A DNA stretch of 64,000 nt, from the NCBI RefSeq assembly GCF_018350175.1, contig NC_058369.1:17300001-17364000 (forward strand), read 5' to 3'. This document shows positions 22,574 to 34,997 of this stretch, piece by piece. This stretch comes from Felis catus. Taxonomy: Eukaryota. Under the pieces are notes generated by a model. The model was not told the DNA's origin, searched no databases, and worked only from the letters and a program-made list of their open reading frames with translations. The stretch's first letter is position 1; each line of letters opens with the position of its first letter. A program made the translations under genes and the position numbers.

Positions 22574-23805
22574 GCCCCTCCCCTGCTTGCACTCTGTCTC
22601 TCCCTCCCTCAAAATAATAAACATTAAAATTAATGTTAAATTAAGTGTAAATTTTTTTAATAATAAAAAAATAAGAAGTAAGGGGAATAAAGGGAAGATC
22701 TCTTTATTGTCCACTTTATATTTTACTTTATTTTATTACTATTCTTTTTTAAGATTTTATTTTCAAGTAATCTCTATACCCAATGTGGGGCTCGAACTTA
22801 CCACCCCAAGATCAAGAGTTACATGCTCTACTGACTGAGCCAGCCAGGCACACCTGTCCACTTCATATTTTAGAGAAATAGATATATCTGCAACACCAAA
22901 AATCAGAAGCTAAATTGTTCTATCATTTTTTTTTCTGAATCTGCCAATGCTATTGTCACCAGAGGACAAAAGTGACCAGTGAAGGGAGTGTGAGCGGAAG
23001 AACCAACCTCATCAAGAAAAACAAAAAAATTTAGTGTTTATTTCTTTTTGAGAGAGAGAGAGGGACAGCAAGCAGGTGAGGGGCAGACAGAGAGGGACAC
23101 ACAGAATCTGAAGCAGGCTCCAGGCTCCAAACTATCAGCAGAGAGCTTGACGCAGGACTTGAACCCACAAATTGTGAGATCATGGCCTGAGCCGAAGTCA
23201 GACGCTTAAGCAACGGAGCCACCGAGGTGCCCCACCAACCTCATTTTAAAGTAGAAAAATTAATATCTGCTGGACTCATTTCAAAGAATATTTACATGCA
23301 CTGGGTCAAATGAGGCAAACATTAGCACAGGTTCTTTGAGGGTTGAGAGAGTTTAAGAGTGCTGAACATATAGTAAATTTCAAAAAAAAAAAAAAAATGA
23401 TAGCTATTTGGGGCACCTGGGTGGCTCAGTCGGTTAAGCGTATGACTTCGGCTCAGGTCATGATCTTGGGGTTAGTGAGTTCGAGCCCCACGTCAGGGGC
23501 TCTGTGCTGACAGCTCAGAGCTTGGAGCCTGCTTTGGATTCTGTGTCTCCCTCTCTCTCTCTGGCCCTCCCCTGCTCACGCTGTCTCTCTCTCTCTCAAA
23601 AATGAATAAACTTAAAAAAAAAAAGTCTGACTGTTGATTTCAGCTCAGGTCATGATCTCACTGGTTTGTGGGATCGAGCCCCACACCTCAGGCTCTACAC
23701 TGACAGTGCAGACCTTTCTTGGGATTCTCTCTCTCCCTGTCTCTCTGCCCCTTCCCTGCTTGTGCTTGCTCTCTCTCTTTCTCTAAATAAACATTTTTTT
23801 TAAAT
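22037..23805. mobile_element. CanSINE cluster (about 22037-22260 +, 22372-22670 +, 22750-22855 -, 23025-23232 -, 23409-23805 + x2)
   Basis: Multiple SINE heads, (CT)n bodies and A-tails. Confidence 0.9.
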
Positions 23806-24114
23806 GGTAGCTATTTTTAGTTGTATGGCATATACAATTTTCCACTACATTTCTTTAATAAACAGCATTTAAAAAACCAACAACAGAGAATAAGCAGGTA
23901 AATGGGAAGAAAGCGGTAAGGAAAGGAACTATAGGAAGGGCACTATAGTTAAGAAGAAATATTACTTAATCAATACTTTACCAGTTGTAAAACTGTAGCA
24001 AGTTTAAGATTACAAATGTAATCTTCTCATCTGCCGAGCATATTTTATTTGTAAAACTGTTAGGATTTGGGGTTTATAAATTACTTCAAGTTTCATGCCA
24101 AGAGAACTTCCCAC

Positions 24115-24159
24115 CATAAACCGACGTTTCCCAGCTGTTGGATGATGGGCTCAGGCAAA
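24115..24159 (-). CDS. MAP4: Candidate 45-nt MAP4 cassette exon (VCLSPSSNSWETSVYG)
   Basis: Acceptor cttcattttctttag|TT, donor ATG|gtggga. Phase 1-1, no stop. Resembles the short VCLS...SVY exon recalled from long human MAP4 isoforms at the same relative position. Confidence 0.65.
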
Positions 24160-25444
24160 CTAAAGAAAATGAAGCCAGAAAAAAGGAGGCTAGGTTCTAA
24201 CTTTGGCAAAGGGAAGGGCCTGTCTACAGGGATCCGTGATAACTATCGCACTCAGGGAACAACATGCCAAGTGCACAGTCACTCACAGCTCTACCTGGCT
24301 GCCGGTGAAGTGACAGCATTGACTAGAGTCCAGTAGAGGGAGGCTCTTTCAAACTGGCTCTTCCATTCACAAAAAACAGTCCCAAAGGAAGTCCTTTTCT
24401 GCCAAGGTGACCTCAGATTACCTGAAGTATCACAATCCTCCCTGCCTAGAACAACATGCAATATATGTGAAGAAGCCCTCTGGTAAAGTTTCCCTAAACT
24501 TGAAAGTGGCATGAAAAGATAAAAGGAGAGGGAACACTAAGCCAAAAGAGACATTAGCAGTCTATTCACTCTCCCTACTTCCAAAGAGGGTTAAGACTCA
24601 CAAAAGATAATTCATTTATAATTTTTAATATGTCATCAGGCATCATATGTATGTAAAGCTCAATACTATGTGTTAGGGAAAACACATGAATAAGTCAGAC
24701 ACATTTTATTCTGCCTGGAGAATAAAATGCTAGACCGAGTCAAAAGACCTAGATCCCAATCCCAAATTAGCCTCTGATTCAAAATGTATGTCCTCATGAG
24801 GTGTTTCCACTTCTCTACCTAAAAAAGTACTTACTTAGTGCTTAGACATTAAGAAAATATAATGACTAATTTTCCACCTTTTTCTTTTTAAGAACCTAAA
24901 ACTTCTGGAAGGTTCCTCTGAGAAAAGAATGAGAAAAGGACGGGCCCTAGAGTTGGAAAGACTTCGGTTCAAATTCTGCCTCTGCCACTATACTATCTGC
25001 ATGACCTTAATGTGGAGAGTCTCCATTTTTCTCATCTATAAAATGGAGAGAATACTACGTAGTATTGTTTTGTGTGTGTGTACGTGTGTGTGTGTCTACT
25101 TACCTACCTACCTACCTATAGATAATTAGGCACATGATATTAACAGATGGTAGTTACTATTAATTGCTAGCAATCTAGGAGTAGGCAGTTAACATGAATG
25201 ATCTGAAGTGAAAAACAAAGAAAAAATATAATAAGGCCAGGCCTACAACCAGTTGTGGATGAAACATCACAGCCTACACGGAACAGTGGTAGTTGGGTAT
25301 GAGGGGCTACCCTGCCCCGTCCCCTATCACAAATCACTATACTCCCTGTTCCACTCAGTTTCCTGCCTCAGACTCCAGGCTTACTTGAAGCTCTGTATCT
25401 GCACATTCTCCTGCTTCTTGGACACCTTAGAATAAGCGTCACTA

Positions 25445-27245
25445 AGGGCGCTGGGAGGCTCAGTCCGTTGAGTTGGTTAAGTGTCTGACTCTTAATTTTG
25501 GTTCAGGTCATGATCTCATGATTCGTGGGATCAAGCCCTATGTCAGGTTCTGTGCTGACAGCAGGGACCCTGCTTGGGATTCTCTCTCTCTGCTCCTCAC
25601 CCTCTTGCATACTCTCTCACTCTTAAAATAAATAAATAAACAAACATTAAAAAAAAAAAAAGAATAAGCCTTACTAGAAAGATACAAGATCTGCAAGAAG
25701 AAAACATCAAAATACCAGTGAGGGACAAGGACATGTAAACCTGAACACGTGAAGTTACTGAACATGGCATGTTACTGTGTCGTTGGATAGAAAACCTCAC
25801 CATACAAGACAACAACTCTCCCCCGATAACCGATACATTTAATGTGATTCAAAGAAAAACAGTGACTGGATTTTTGTTTTGTTTTGTGTTTTTACAAAAC
25901 TATACAAGTCAATTCTCAGATTTTTATGTAGTAATAAGCAAGGAGAGTCAGGAAAACTCTAAGAAACACTAACAGGGTGAGGAGTGGGACTGGACTAGAC
26001 CTATTAGATATTAAAATATACTATGAAATATGAAAATATACTTTTCAACGAGAAGACCAATGAATCAGAAAAGAAAATCCAGAAATAGACCAACTATGTA
26101 CGGGAATTTAGAGCATGACAAAGGCAGCACTTCAGTGGGAGACAGATTAAGACACATGTTGGTGGACAACCGAGTAATTCTATATCACATCTCATAAATA
26201 CACACACACACACGCCAGGAAATTCTAGATTGATCAAAGATTCAAAATGTGAAAAACTAGAAACAGAAATTATTTTTATAATCTCAGAGTAGGGATGGTT
26301 TTTATAAACTCAGTAATACACAAGGAAGCCCCTAAATAAGTAAACCCAAAATAAATCCACGCCAATAAATCACTGTTCACCTGTTAGATCAGCACACAAA
26401 CAAAAAATGTGCACTAGTGGAGGAAGGCCAGAAGAGCAGGTACTGGTATACACTGAGGGTGAGTACATCCCTGGGGCCCTGTGGGGAACAATGTGGCAAC
26501 ACCTGTCAAAATTACGAACACATTCTTCAAACCAGAGAGTCTACTCCAGAGGTCCCTTTTATTACACAGATGTACTTGCACAAGTATGCAAGTATGACAT
26601 TCTGTATGTACAGGGACAGTCTATGCACCTTGTTTCTAATAAAGAAAAACCAGGAGGGGTGCCTGGGTGGCTCAGTTAGTTAAGTGCCTGACTCGATTCA
26701 GGCTCAGGTCGCGACCTCATGGTTCTTGAATTTGAGCCCCACACTGGGCTCTGTGCTGACAGCACGGAGCCTGCTTAGGATTCTCTCTCTCCCTCTCTCA
26801 CAAATAAATAAACTTGAAAAGACAAAAAAGAAAAGAAAAACTAGGAAACGCTTAGATGTCTATCAATAAAGAAGTGATAAAATACATTAGGGTATACCCA
26901 CATGATGCAATACTATACAGCTGTTAAATAAGAATGAGGTCCCCTTCTTTGTACTGATTTATAAAGATTTTTACAATAACTGTTAAGTTTATAAACCAAG
27001 GCACACATCAGTATGTATTATATGTCTCATCTGTATAAAATCTGCAAATATATATGCTATTGCTTCTTTATGTGTAAATTTTCTCTGGAAGGATGTGTAA
27101 GACACTGTTAACACTGGGTGCCTCTGGAGAGGGAAATTTGAATGGGGACTGATGGAGGGAGGCAGACTTACATTTAAGTGTATACCCCTTTGTACCACGG
27201 GAATGTACTAACATTCAAAAATTAGTTAAAAAAATTATCCATTAA
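25445..27245 (+). mobile_element. Old L1 fragments with CanSINEs at about 25445-25660 and 26655-26840
   Basis: L1 ORF2-end and 3'UTR phrases (agaaatagacc, caatactatacagctgttaaa) plus SINE heads. Confidence 0.7.
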
Positions 27246-27734
27246 AAAAGTATAGATTGTCCTTAGGGAAAAGGTGTGATCGAAATCTAGCAGAAACACC
27301 AAATTTTGCCTGAAACCCACCATTCTCTCCTCAGCCCCTTTGCAAGGCCACCCCTAACCCAAGTCTCTGGTCCTGGCCTGGCCAAGGCTGGGCCCCAACA
27401 GTTCTCAAACTTCTGCTTTGCTTGCTCAAGAATCAAAACAAATCCTCTCGCTACATTTCTTTAGAAATACTGAGCAAAAAGAAATGGCTAGAGTTCAGGA
27501 AAACATTACCCTTGAAACTAAAGAGTCTACAAACTCTAGACAAACTCTAGTAAAGAACTGGAAGTGTTAATGAAGGCTGGAAAGCCCTCTACATATGACT
27601 TCATTTCCTGCCTCGGTAATAGGGTAGCTAACAGAAGAAACATAAGAACAGAAAAGACGAGAATGTCTTACGCAGATAAATGACCTTTAGTATTCTCTAC
27701 ACACACAGCACGTGTTCCTCACTGGGTACAAATC

Positions 27735-28379
27735 CATGCAAATCACAAGCTTGACCTCAAACAACAAGTCCACACCATGCAGCACATCATCCCCTGACGA
27801 AGCCTCTCCAAAACCCCAGGGCCAACTGGTGTTATTTTAATTTCTGGAGTTAGTAGCTGCATCATGCGAGGTGGGAAACAGCATCATCTGTAGGCTGAAA
27901 AAACTCAAACGCCAGGAAACATCTTTTCGAAGGTTAGGCTCCGGGAAGCTATGATTAGATATAGTATACTTTTCAGGGAAAAAAAAAAGAAAGAAAGAAA
28001 AGAAAACATCTCTAAATCTCAAAGGAATCATCTTGCTCAATCTCATTCCAATAACTTGACTGATGAGATCCAAAAAGGGCAAAATTATGAGGAATCGCAC
28101 ACTGGCAAGTTTTATGAGTCGTCCGTAGATGTAGAGTATGTTTTACGGACAACAACTGATGCCCCAAGCTCTGCCCAACATGCACCTGGAGTCAATGGCT
28201 GTGAGCATCAAAGTGGTAAAAGATGTGGTGCGACACTGACAGATCATTTCCCGCTACTCAGAAACACAAAGTCTGTGCCTACCAATGCTGGTCCTCATAT
28301 GGGGAAGACCATTTTCACGGATTCTAAAAGCAATTTGGATATTCAGTCCCACCAGCACAAGCTACAAATATATACAGAC

Positions 28380-28412
<33 letters not shown>

Positions 28413-28721
28413 CGCATACAGCTGAACTTGAAATGTTTTCTTTCCTCCTGTGAATCCTTATACAAAATAATGATTAAATCTGGCTGTAAGCTTTACACAC
28501 AGGAGGCAAAAAAAAAAAAATTTTTTTTTTAATGAAGAATAGTGGATGGTGACAGGCCTTCTGCTAAACAATTTATTGTTTGAAATTCTACTTCCTCTAA
28601 AGCTCAAGGTTCGGTGCTGGGTAAAAAAGGCATGCAACCAAGTCACCAGCCTCCTCAAGCTGGACACAAGGCATGCCCTGGCTGCAGAAAACACGTCATT
28701 AGCAATTACACATTTTCATGC
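27735..28721 (-). promoter_or_regulatory. Intronic splicing-enhancer cluster (RBFOX/QKI motifs)
   Basis: Sense-strand TGCATG at plus coordinates 28631, 28179, 27776 and 27735; GCATG at 28717, 28672 and 27863; ACTAAC at 27849. Confidence 0.6.
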
Positions 28722-28844
28722 CAACAAACCAATGATTAACAAGGATGATTAGAATCTGGACGGAACCGAAGCATGAGCTCTGTGCCTTTTGGATGCTGAC
28801 TCAAAAGCCACAAGCACACACATCGCCCCATGGCAGGGTCATAC

Positions 28845-31800
28845 CGCTGGACTTTAGTTGCTTGGATCTCTCTCGCTCCTGGACGGGAGACTTTGGCAAA
28901 AGTGGAGTCAGGCCTCGGGACTTGGTAGGTCTCATGTAGCCTTTCATCGGTTCTGCCACTCTGCTTTTATCTTCCTTCTTCCCTTCTCCGGGTGCCTTGG
29001 GTTCAGACTTTTCAGTCATTGTGTCAGGTGCCTCCAAGATCTTATCTTTGGGCTCTGGGAGTTCAAGATCCTCGGAAGCAGTCACTATTAACTGATCTAC
29101 CACCTGCAACGGGGTAGTCGCAGCTTTGCCATCCAAGGAATCGGACTGGAATTCTGGTGTTGCCAAGGAAATCGATTCTGATTCAGTGATTGGAGAAGCC
29201 AGGCTAACTTCTTCCACTTTATTTTCTTCACTTTTCGGAGGCAAAAGAGCCCTATCTACCTCCTTATCCAAACCATCTGGGTCCTTGGAATCGCTACTGT
29301 CAGCATTTTGGTCCTCACACAAATTGGGCTTTTGTGCTTTGTCTCCTAATAAGTCAGGGATTTGAACTGGAGCAGCACCTCCCTCAGACTCTTTCTTTTT
29401 AGTAACTGGGTGTGTTGGAAAATTATTACTATCCGCACACGTTTCTAGGACTCTGACCTCACCTGTTAAGCTTTGGTCTTCTACTGGCACTCTGGAAAGA
29501 AAGTGTTCCTTTGCAAGCTCTGTGATTTTTTCTATTGAATGCTTAGATGCACCACTGGGCACTGACTCAGATTCTCCTATCACATGTCCTCCCTCTATCC
29601 CTGCTTCAGTTTTCACGGGATCGGCAAGCTCACCTTTATTCTTAAGACAGCTACCCCCCTGACGGTTAACTGTTTCTGTGGCTGCTGTAGAAGTTAGGGT
29701 AACTCCTCCTGTGCTTGTAGAAGGCATAACAACGGAGGGGGCCTTGGGTCTTTCTTGATCTGAGACTCCATCTTTGCTGCGGTTATCCACCACTAATGAT
29801 GTGGATATCTGGGCTGGAGTTGTCTCTTGCCCACTTTCTGCCAAGGAGTTTGGGAAAGAAACACCCTCCTTTACTACTTGAGAAGCAGGAGTGGGTGGTC
29901 CTTCACAGGCTGCTGACTCCCGAGCCTCTGGAGAGGCTGACTTATTCATCAACCCTGGTGGTGTTCTGGGGCAGGTAAACGTAATATTTCTATTTTCATC
30001 CATGTAGCCCATTCCTTCAATTCTGTGGTCCCCTGTGGTTTCCATGGGAACATGTATTTTTGTTGCATCTATCTTATTCTCCAGAAGATGCTTCTCGGGA
30101 AAACTATTTTTAACCTTTTTACTTTTTCCATCATTGCTCCTTTTATTTGGTTTGTCAGCCACTGCAGTGTGTCCCTTGGCTGCATCTGTCTTATTCTCCT
30201 CAGACACTACTGAAGGAACAAATCCTGCCCCCTGGATTTGGTCTTGGCAGCTCACATCTGTCACCTTGGTAGCTGATTCAATAACAGCAGAGTCCTTGAC
30301 TGTGTTTGTTTTGTTCCCACCAAGAGCTTTGTTCCCAAGCTCAAAAGAATTAACCTCAACATTTCTCCCCTTTCGGTCACCTACTTCCACTGTGGGAATA
30401 GCTAATGCATGTGAGAACAGAGGACCATGAGTTAAGGGGAAAGGGAGTCCTAAATCCTTGTTCTGATGAGGAGTGCTACCAGTATCTCCATCTTTCCCTA
30501 CAAAAGATGGGCTGGGGATTTCTTCCTTGCTCTCCATTCGAGCAGGCTGTGTGGGATAATTATTTTTGAACTTTTTGGTTTTTCCCTCACTACTCCTTTT
30601 CTTAGGCTTTTCAGAAATCCAGGGAGCTGCCTCACCATCCATCCAAGGACACTTTCCTTCCTTGCTCTGGTTACTGACACCCATATCTACAGCTGTGGCT
30701 CCTTGTTCTGCTCTAGCTCCGGAAGTCTGAGTAACGCCTGCCCCATTTCCCAAATGAACTAATGTGTGCGAGGTGCCTGCCCCCCTAGGGTCGGCTGTCT
30801 CCATAGGCTTCCCCGTTACCACTGCCTCAGGGAGATCCGCTGCGGTCCCTGGTGGCTTTGAAGAACCCAGCTCCTCACACTTCAGCCCAGCAGTCATTCT
30901 TTCAGTTCTAGGGGTCGACTCGCTTGGTGCAAGAACAGCTGGGCCATCCTTCCAGCTGTCCAGAAGAAATGGTGGCTCAGACCTTGCTCTACCCTTCCCA
31001 GAACTGGCTCTTACCTTCCCAGAACCTGCCCTTCCCTTCCTGTTTCTGCCGTCCCCTGCCATTCTCTGAGATGGCTCATTCCCTAACCCAGGTACCTGAA
31101 CTAACACCTCGTCCTGCGGCTGCCTGGAAGCCAAGATGCTCATCTCTTGTCTTTGCTTGGGAAAAGCTTCCTTTGTTAGTTCTTTAATCTCTTCAGCTCC
31201 TTCCAAAAACCCTTTCTGTCTGTCTTTCTGCAATTCAGTCACCTTACTTTTATCATTCCCTTCTTTTAGACTACTTCCTAATGAGGCACCAGCTGGCAAA
31301 GTGGGCACGAGAGTAGGCAGTACTTTTCCTGCTATGGGTTTGGAACCCCCATCCACAGACTCTTGGTCCAAGGCAGGAGAGCAACTCTCTTTGGGTCTGA
31401 TCTCCAAAGGAATTTCTACTCTGTGTGCAGAACATTCTGTCAGGGGTCCTTTTAGATCGGGCGACCCTACTGTCTGGCTTTTATCCACAGGGGTCTTCGG
31501 GTGGGGTGCACGCTGTGGTTTGCATTCCTCTTGTTGCAGTGATTTCTGGTCCTGGCCCAGTGGTACTGACTTGTTATCTTTGACCTCTGCTTCTATTCTT
31601 GGCTTGGGCTGAGAACTTCCTGCAGTTTTGGGGGAAGACTTTGTATCTTCCAAAGGACACAAAGGAACACTGAGACTTTCTGAGATGAAGGTCTCAGCTA
31701 CCAGTTTGGCGGCTGTGGAATCCATTTCACAGTCCTTTTTTAAGGTTTCTCTGGATGCCAGTCCACCTTCCATGCCCATAGTGGTAGATAAGCCGGGGAA

Positions 31801-32216
31801 AACACCTGATTGCTGCGCGTCAGCTGCAAAGGGATGACCTTTATGGTCCTCTACACTGTCATCATCCCAAGGTCCCCCAGCCCGGGGTTGAGAATATCTC
31901 TTTTGCTTTGGTTTCTTCTTTTTTTTCTTCATCATCATCGGTGGGCTTTCTATATCCCAGGCCTCCCTGCCAAGATCTCTCTTGGGTTCAAGGAAGTCAA
32001 CATGAACAGTTTTCCTTTGGTTCCCAGGATCACCACAGGGAGATGAACCAGAGACCCAACCCAACTCAGACAGAGAGCAGGGTCCCAGCCCAGGATCAAG
32101 AGTCTTCCGTGGAGAAGAGACTCCCAGCAGCTCAGGAGGGACCCTGGCAGGCCTGGGCCGAGTGGACCTGCGGTCACTGGGTCTGCACACTTGTTTGCCT
32201 TGTATGGGAGGGGTAC
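28845..32216 (-). CDS. MAP4: MAP4 giant alternative (muscle-type, mMAP4) cassette exon, 3372 nt
   Basis: Inside the 1148-aa ORF. Acceptor tattgcag|GT at 32217/32216, donor AGC G|gtatga at 28845/28844. 1124 codons, phase 1-1. Size and position fit the >3 kb striated-muscle MAP4 insertion. Confidence 0.92.
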
Positions 32217-33687
32217 CTGCAATACATGAAGTTGGCCAAAATTCCAAACAGAAAACTCCTTGTTATTGTTTCTTTTTTTAAAAAAAGTCCATTTACTGAC
32301 TCAGTTAAGTCTATTTTCACCAACCTACATACTATTTACAGTTTTTTTCCAAAACATTTCTCACCCTCAGCTAGGATCAGCAAATACTTAGCAAAGATCA
32401 TCATCTCAGGCAAAGAAAAAAAAAATTCAGAGATCTTCTAACCTTCTGTAACAAGTACTGCCTGTAAATCTCATCAGATCCTTATTTACGTTTGTCATTA
32501 TTTTTAATAGGTACATAAATCCCAATTCTACAACACGATGATTCTACAAGACGATAAGCTCCTATCTCTTTGGTGACATTTGTTAATTAACTGAATGAAA
32601 TACATATGATTTTGGACAGAATTTACAATTCTAAGAGTCTGTCACCAATATTATCCTAATTACTTGTCAAGCTAACCAGATCGACTCTGGGAAACAGACC
32701 AGAAGGCCAGACTTATGCTACTGGGGAAAATAAAAAGGAAGAAGATAAAAGATACTGAATTAGTAATTTGGCCAAAGAAAAATCCTCATCATTCCAGAAC
32801 CAAAACCTTCTACTTTGAAAGACAAATGTGTTAGATTTCAATGTTCTGTTCCTAAATGTTCTTCCTGAAAGAGAAAGATAAACATAATGCCCAGTAGGGT
32901 TATAAATTAAAACAACTAGGATAGGCACCCTTGGAAAAGTTTCAGGAAATCAACTGGTCCAACCTCCTGTCACTATGTCGATGCAGTATGGATTCAAGAT
33001 CCTGGGAAGAGTGTCACTAAGAGCAGGTCTAAGACAACTCTTATCAAGTCAACCCAATGAAATGACTTCGGAGGACATTAAAATATACTTAAGTAGCACT
33101 TTTGCTCTTTTTTACCCTCCAAAGTCCTCCAAATGCTACCCTATATTTAACACCTCAGGTCAATTACTGCTTCTCTCAAAAACTGCAAGGCTTTAGTACC
33201 CCCACAACACCTATAACATTTAATTTGGCAATTAACCAGCAGCTATTTGGTGCTATTTTATTCAATTATTATATAAAACTTTGGTTTCAGAGTTCATGCA
33301 CCTGGGAACTTTCCTCACCATCCAGGCTATGATATAACAACACAAGGGCAATGGCCCAGACTTAAATATCTGTGTGCCTTAGCATGGCATATTTCATACA
33401 CAATAAGGACTTGATAAATCTTTATTGCTATGTTTAAAAAACATTTTAAAAAACCAAACTTTATTTAGCTCCTTCTTGGGGCTAGACAGTATGCAAGCAC
33501 TAGAGATTCTCAGCGAAATAAGTCAGGGTCCCTGCCCTCAAGCTCCCCTTCTAATCACAGTCACAGAAAAGTAAGCAGAGAATCATTAAGTGGTTAATCA
33601 TATACACATGCTTTTGGCTTACGTCAAAAACCTGTAACCTTAAAGTTCGCTGAATGATCAAACTCCAAGTCAGAAAGTATCTTGGAG

Positions 33688-33850
33688 TAGTGCCTCTCAA
33701 AGTTTACTGTACATAAGAATTATCTGGAGAACCTGTTAAAATGCATATTATGATTCTGAAGGTTTGAAGTGGAAGCCAAGATGATGCATTTCTAATAGGC
33801 TCCCAAGCAATGCAGATGCTGTTGGGCCATGAAACACACTAACTAGCAAG
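33688..33850. mobile_element. MER5-like hAT-Charlie MITE
   Basis: ctctcaaagttt...tgcatttctaataggctccca...gatgctg pattern. Confidence 0.65.
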
Positions 33851-34192
33851 GGCTTACTAGTAAAGATTTCCGTAACATTTGACCAGTGCATTCCTCTTAT
33901 AGCTGAATAAACAGTGACACAGGAAAGTTAAATAACCTGCCTGAGATTACACAAGATAGCATAGTGGACAGCTGAACTGGGTTAAAATTTAGGTGTCTTG
34001 AGTCGATGTAGCAGTAATTTGAAAATATGTAAGCTGACTTTCTGCCTAAACAAGACCAAATCCGTCCAAGACAGAGAACAGACTTCCTAAACAATACTAC
34101 TGATCACCAGAAATCAGGGACAACATCCACCATCACCCCATTGCTCCCAGTTGAAGTGGTTTCAAAGAGTCCACTTTGCTACCCTAACTTAC

Positions 34193-34315
34193 CTGAGCTC
34201 TCTGAAGAAAGTTCAGAAGGCTGACTACTGACAGGTTTCTTCTGGTCTTGTTTCTCTAACACAGAATCCTCATCTGTTGGCACGTTGTACTTCTGACCCA
34301 CAGCTGTCACTGGTT
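34193..34315 (-). CDS. MAP4: MAP4 exon (human exon-8 equivalent, 123 nt; [42 protein letters not shown])
   Basis: catccag|AA ... TCAG|gtaagt. Phase 1-1. Matches MAP4 EDSVLEK...SQPSELSSE. Confidence 0.95.
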
Positions 34316-34997
34316 CTGGATGTAACAGTAAAAACCACACAAGTTTTAGAGCAGCAAGATTTCAGCTGTTTTTCCACCTTTCAGAAACTCGATTCAGGAA
34401 TGGTTTTTGAGGAATGAGCGATGGTCCTCAGAGAGCAGCAGAGAAATGGAGTGGTAGCTAGACAGTGAAGTTGGGAAAGTTTTTGTTTTGTTTCAGATGG
34501 GGAAAAATAACAGATATTTGTACATTGGTGGGAATGAGCCAGTGGAGAGGGACAAAGATTGGTGAGAGGCAAGAAAGGAAAGAATGGCTAGGGCAGCATG
34601 CCTAAGTAGGCGAGAGGAGATGGGAGCTAGTGCAACCTGGAGAGACTGGCCACACCTAGGAGCAGGGACAGTTCACCTACAGCAACAGGAGGGAGGCGGA
34701 GACTATGGAGACAGCACACAAGTAGGCAGATGAGGTAGCACAAGTTTGTGAAGGTTCTCTTTTGTGGCTTAAGTTATCAACAAGGAAAACAGACCAGCAG
34801 AGAAATAAGGAGGAAGGTGTTAGAAACTGGAGGAGGGAGAGAAGGTGAGAAAGAACTGTCTAGAAGAGCAGGAATGTGTGTAGACTTGTAAAATACAGTG
34901 TAAGTGTCTGTATTTTATCTGGCACAACGTGTGTCCCTCACCTTTCTGGAGACTACACGCTGGTAGACAGAAATAAGGAGTAAACTTAAACCCATAC

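Noticed and set aside
24287..24421. Possible 135-nt exon (cttcag|...|gtgagt) with an in-frame stop
   Set aside because: Purine-rich, weak acceptor and no other support.
27951..28532. 193-aa plus-strand ORF
   Set aside because: Runs through poly-A tracts (poly-K), has no recognisable homology and is antisense to the MAP4 intron.
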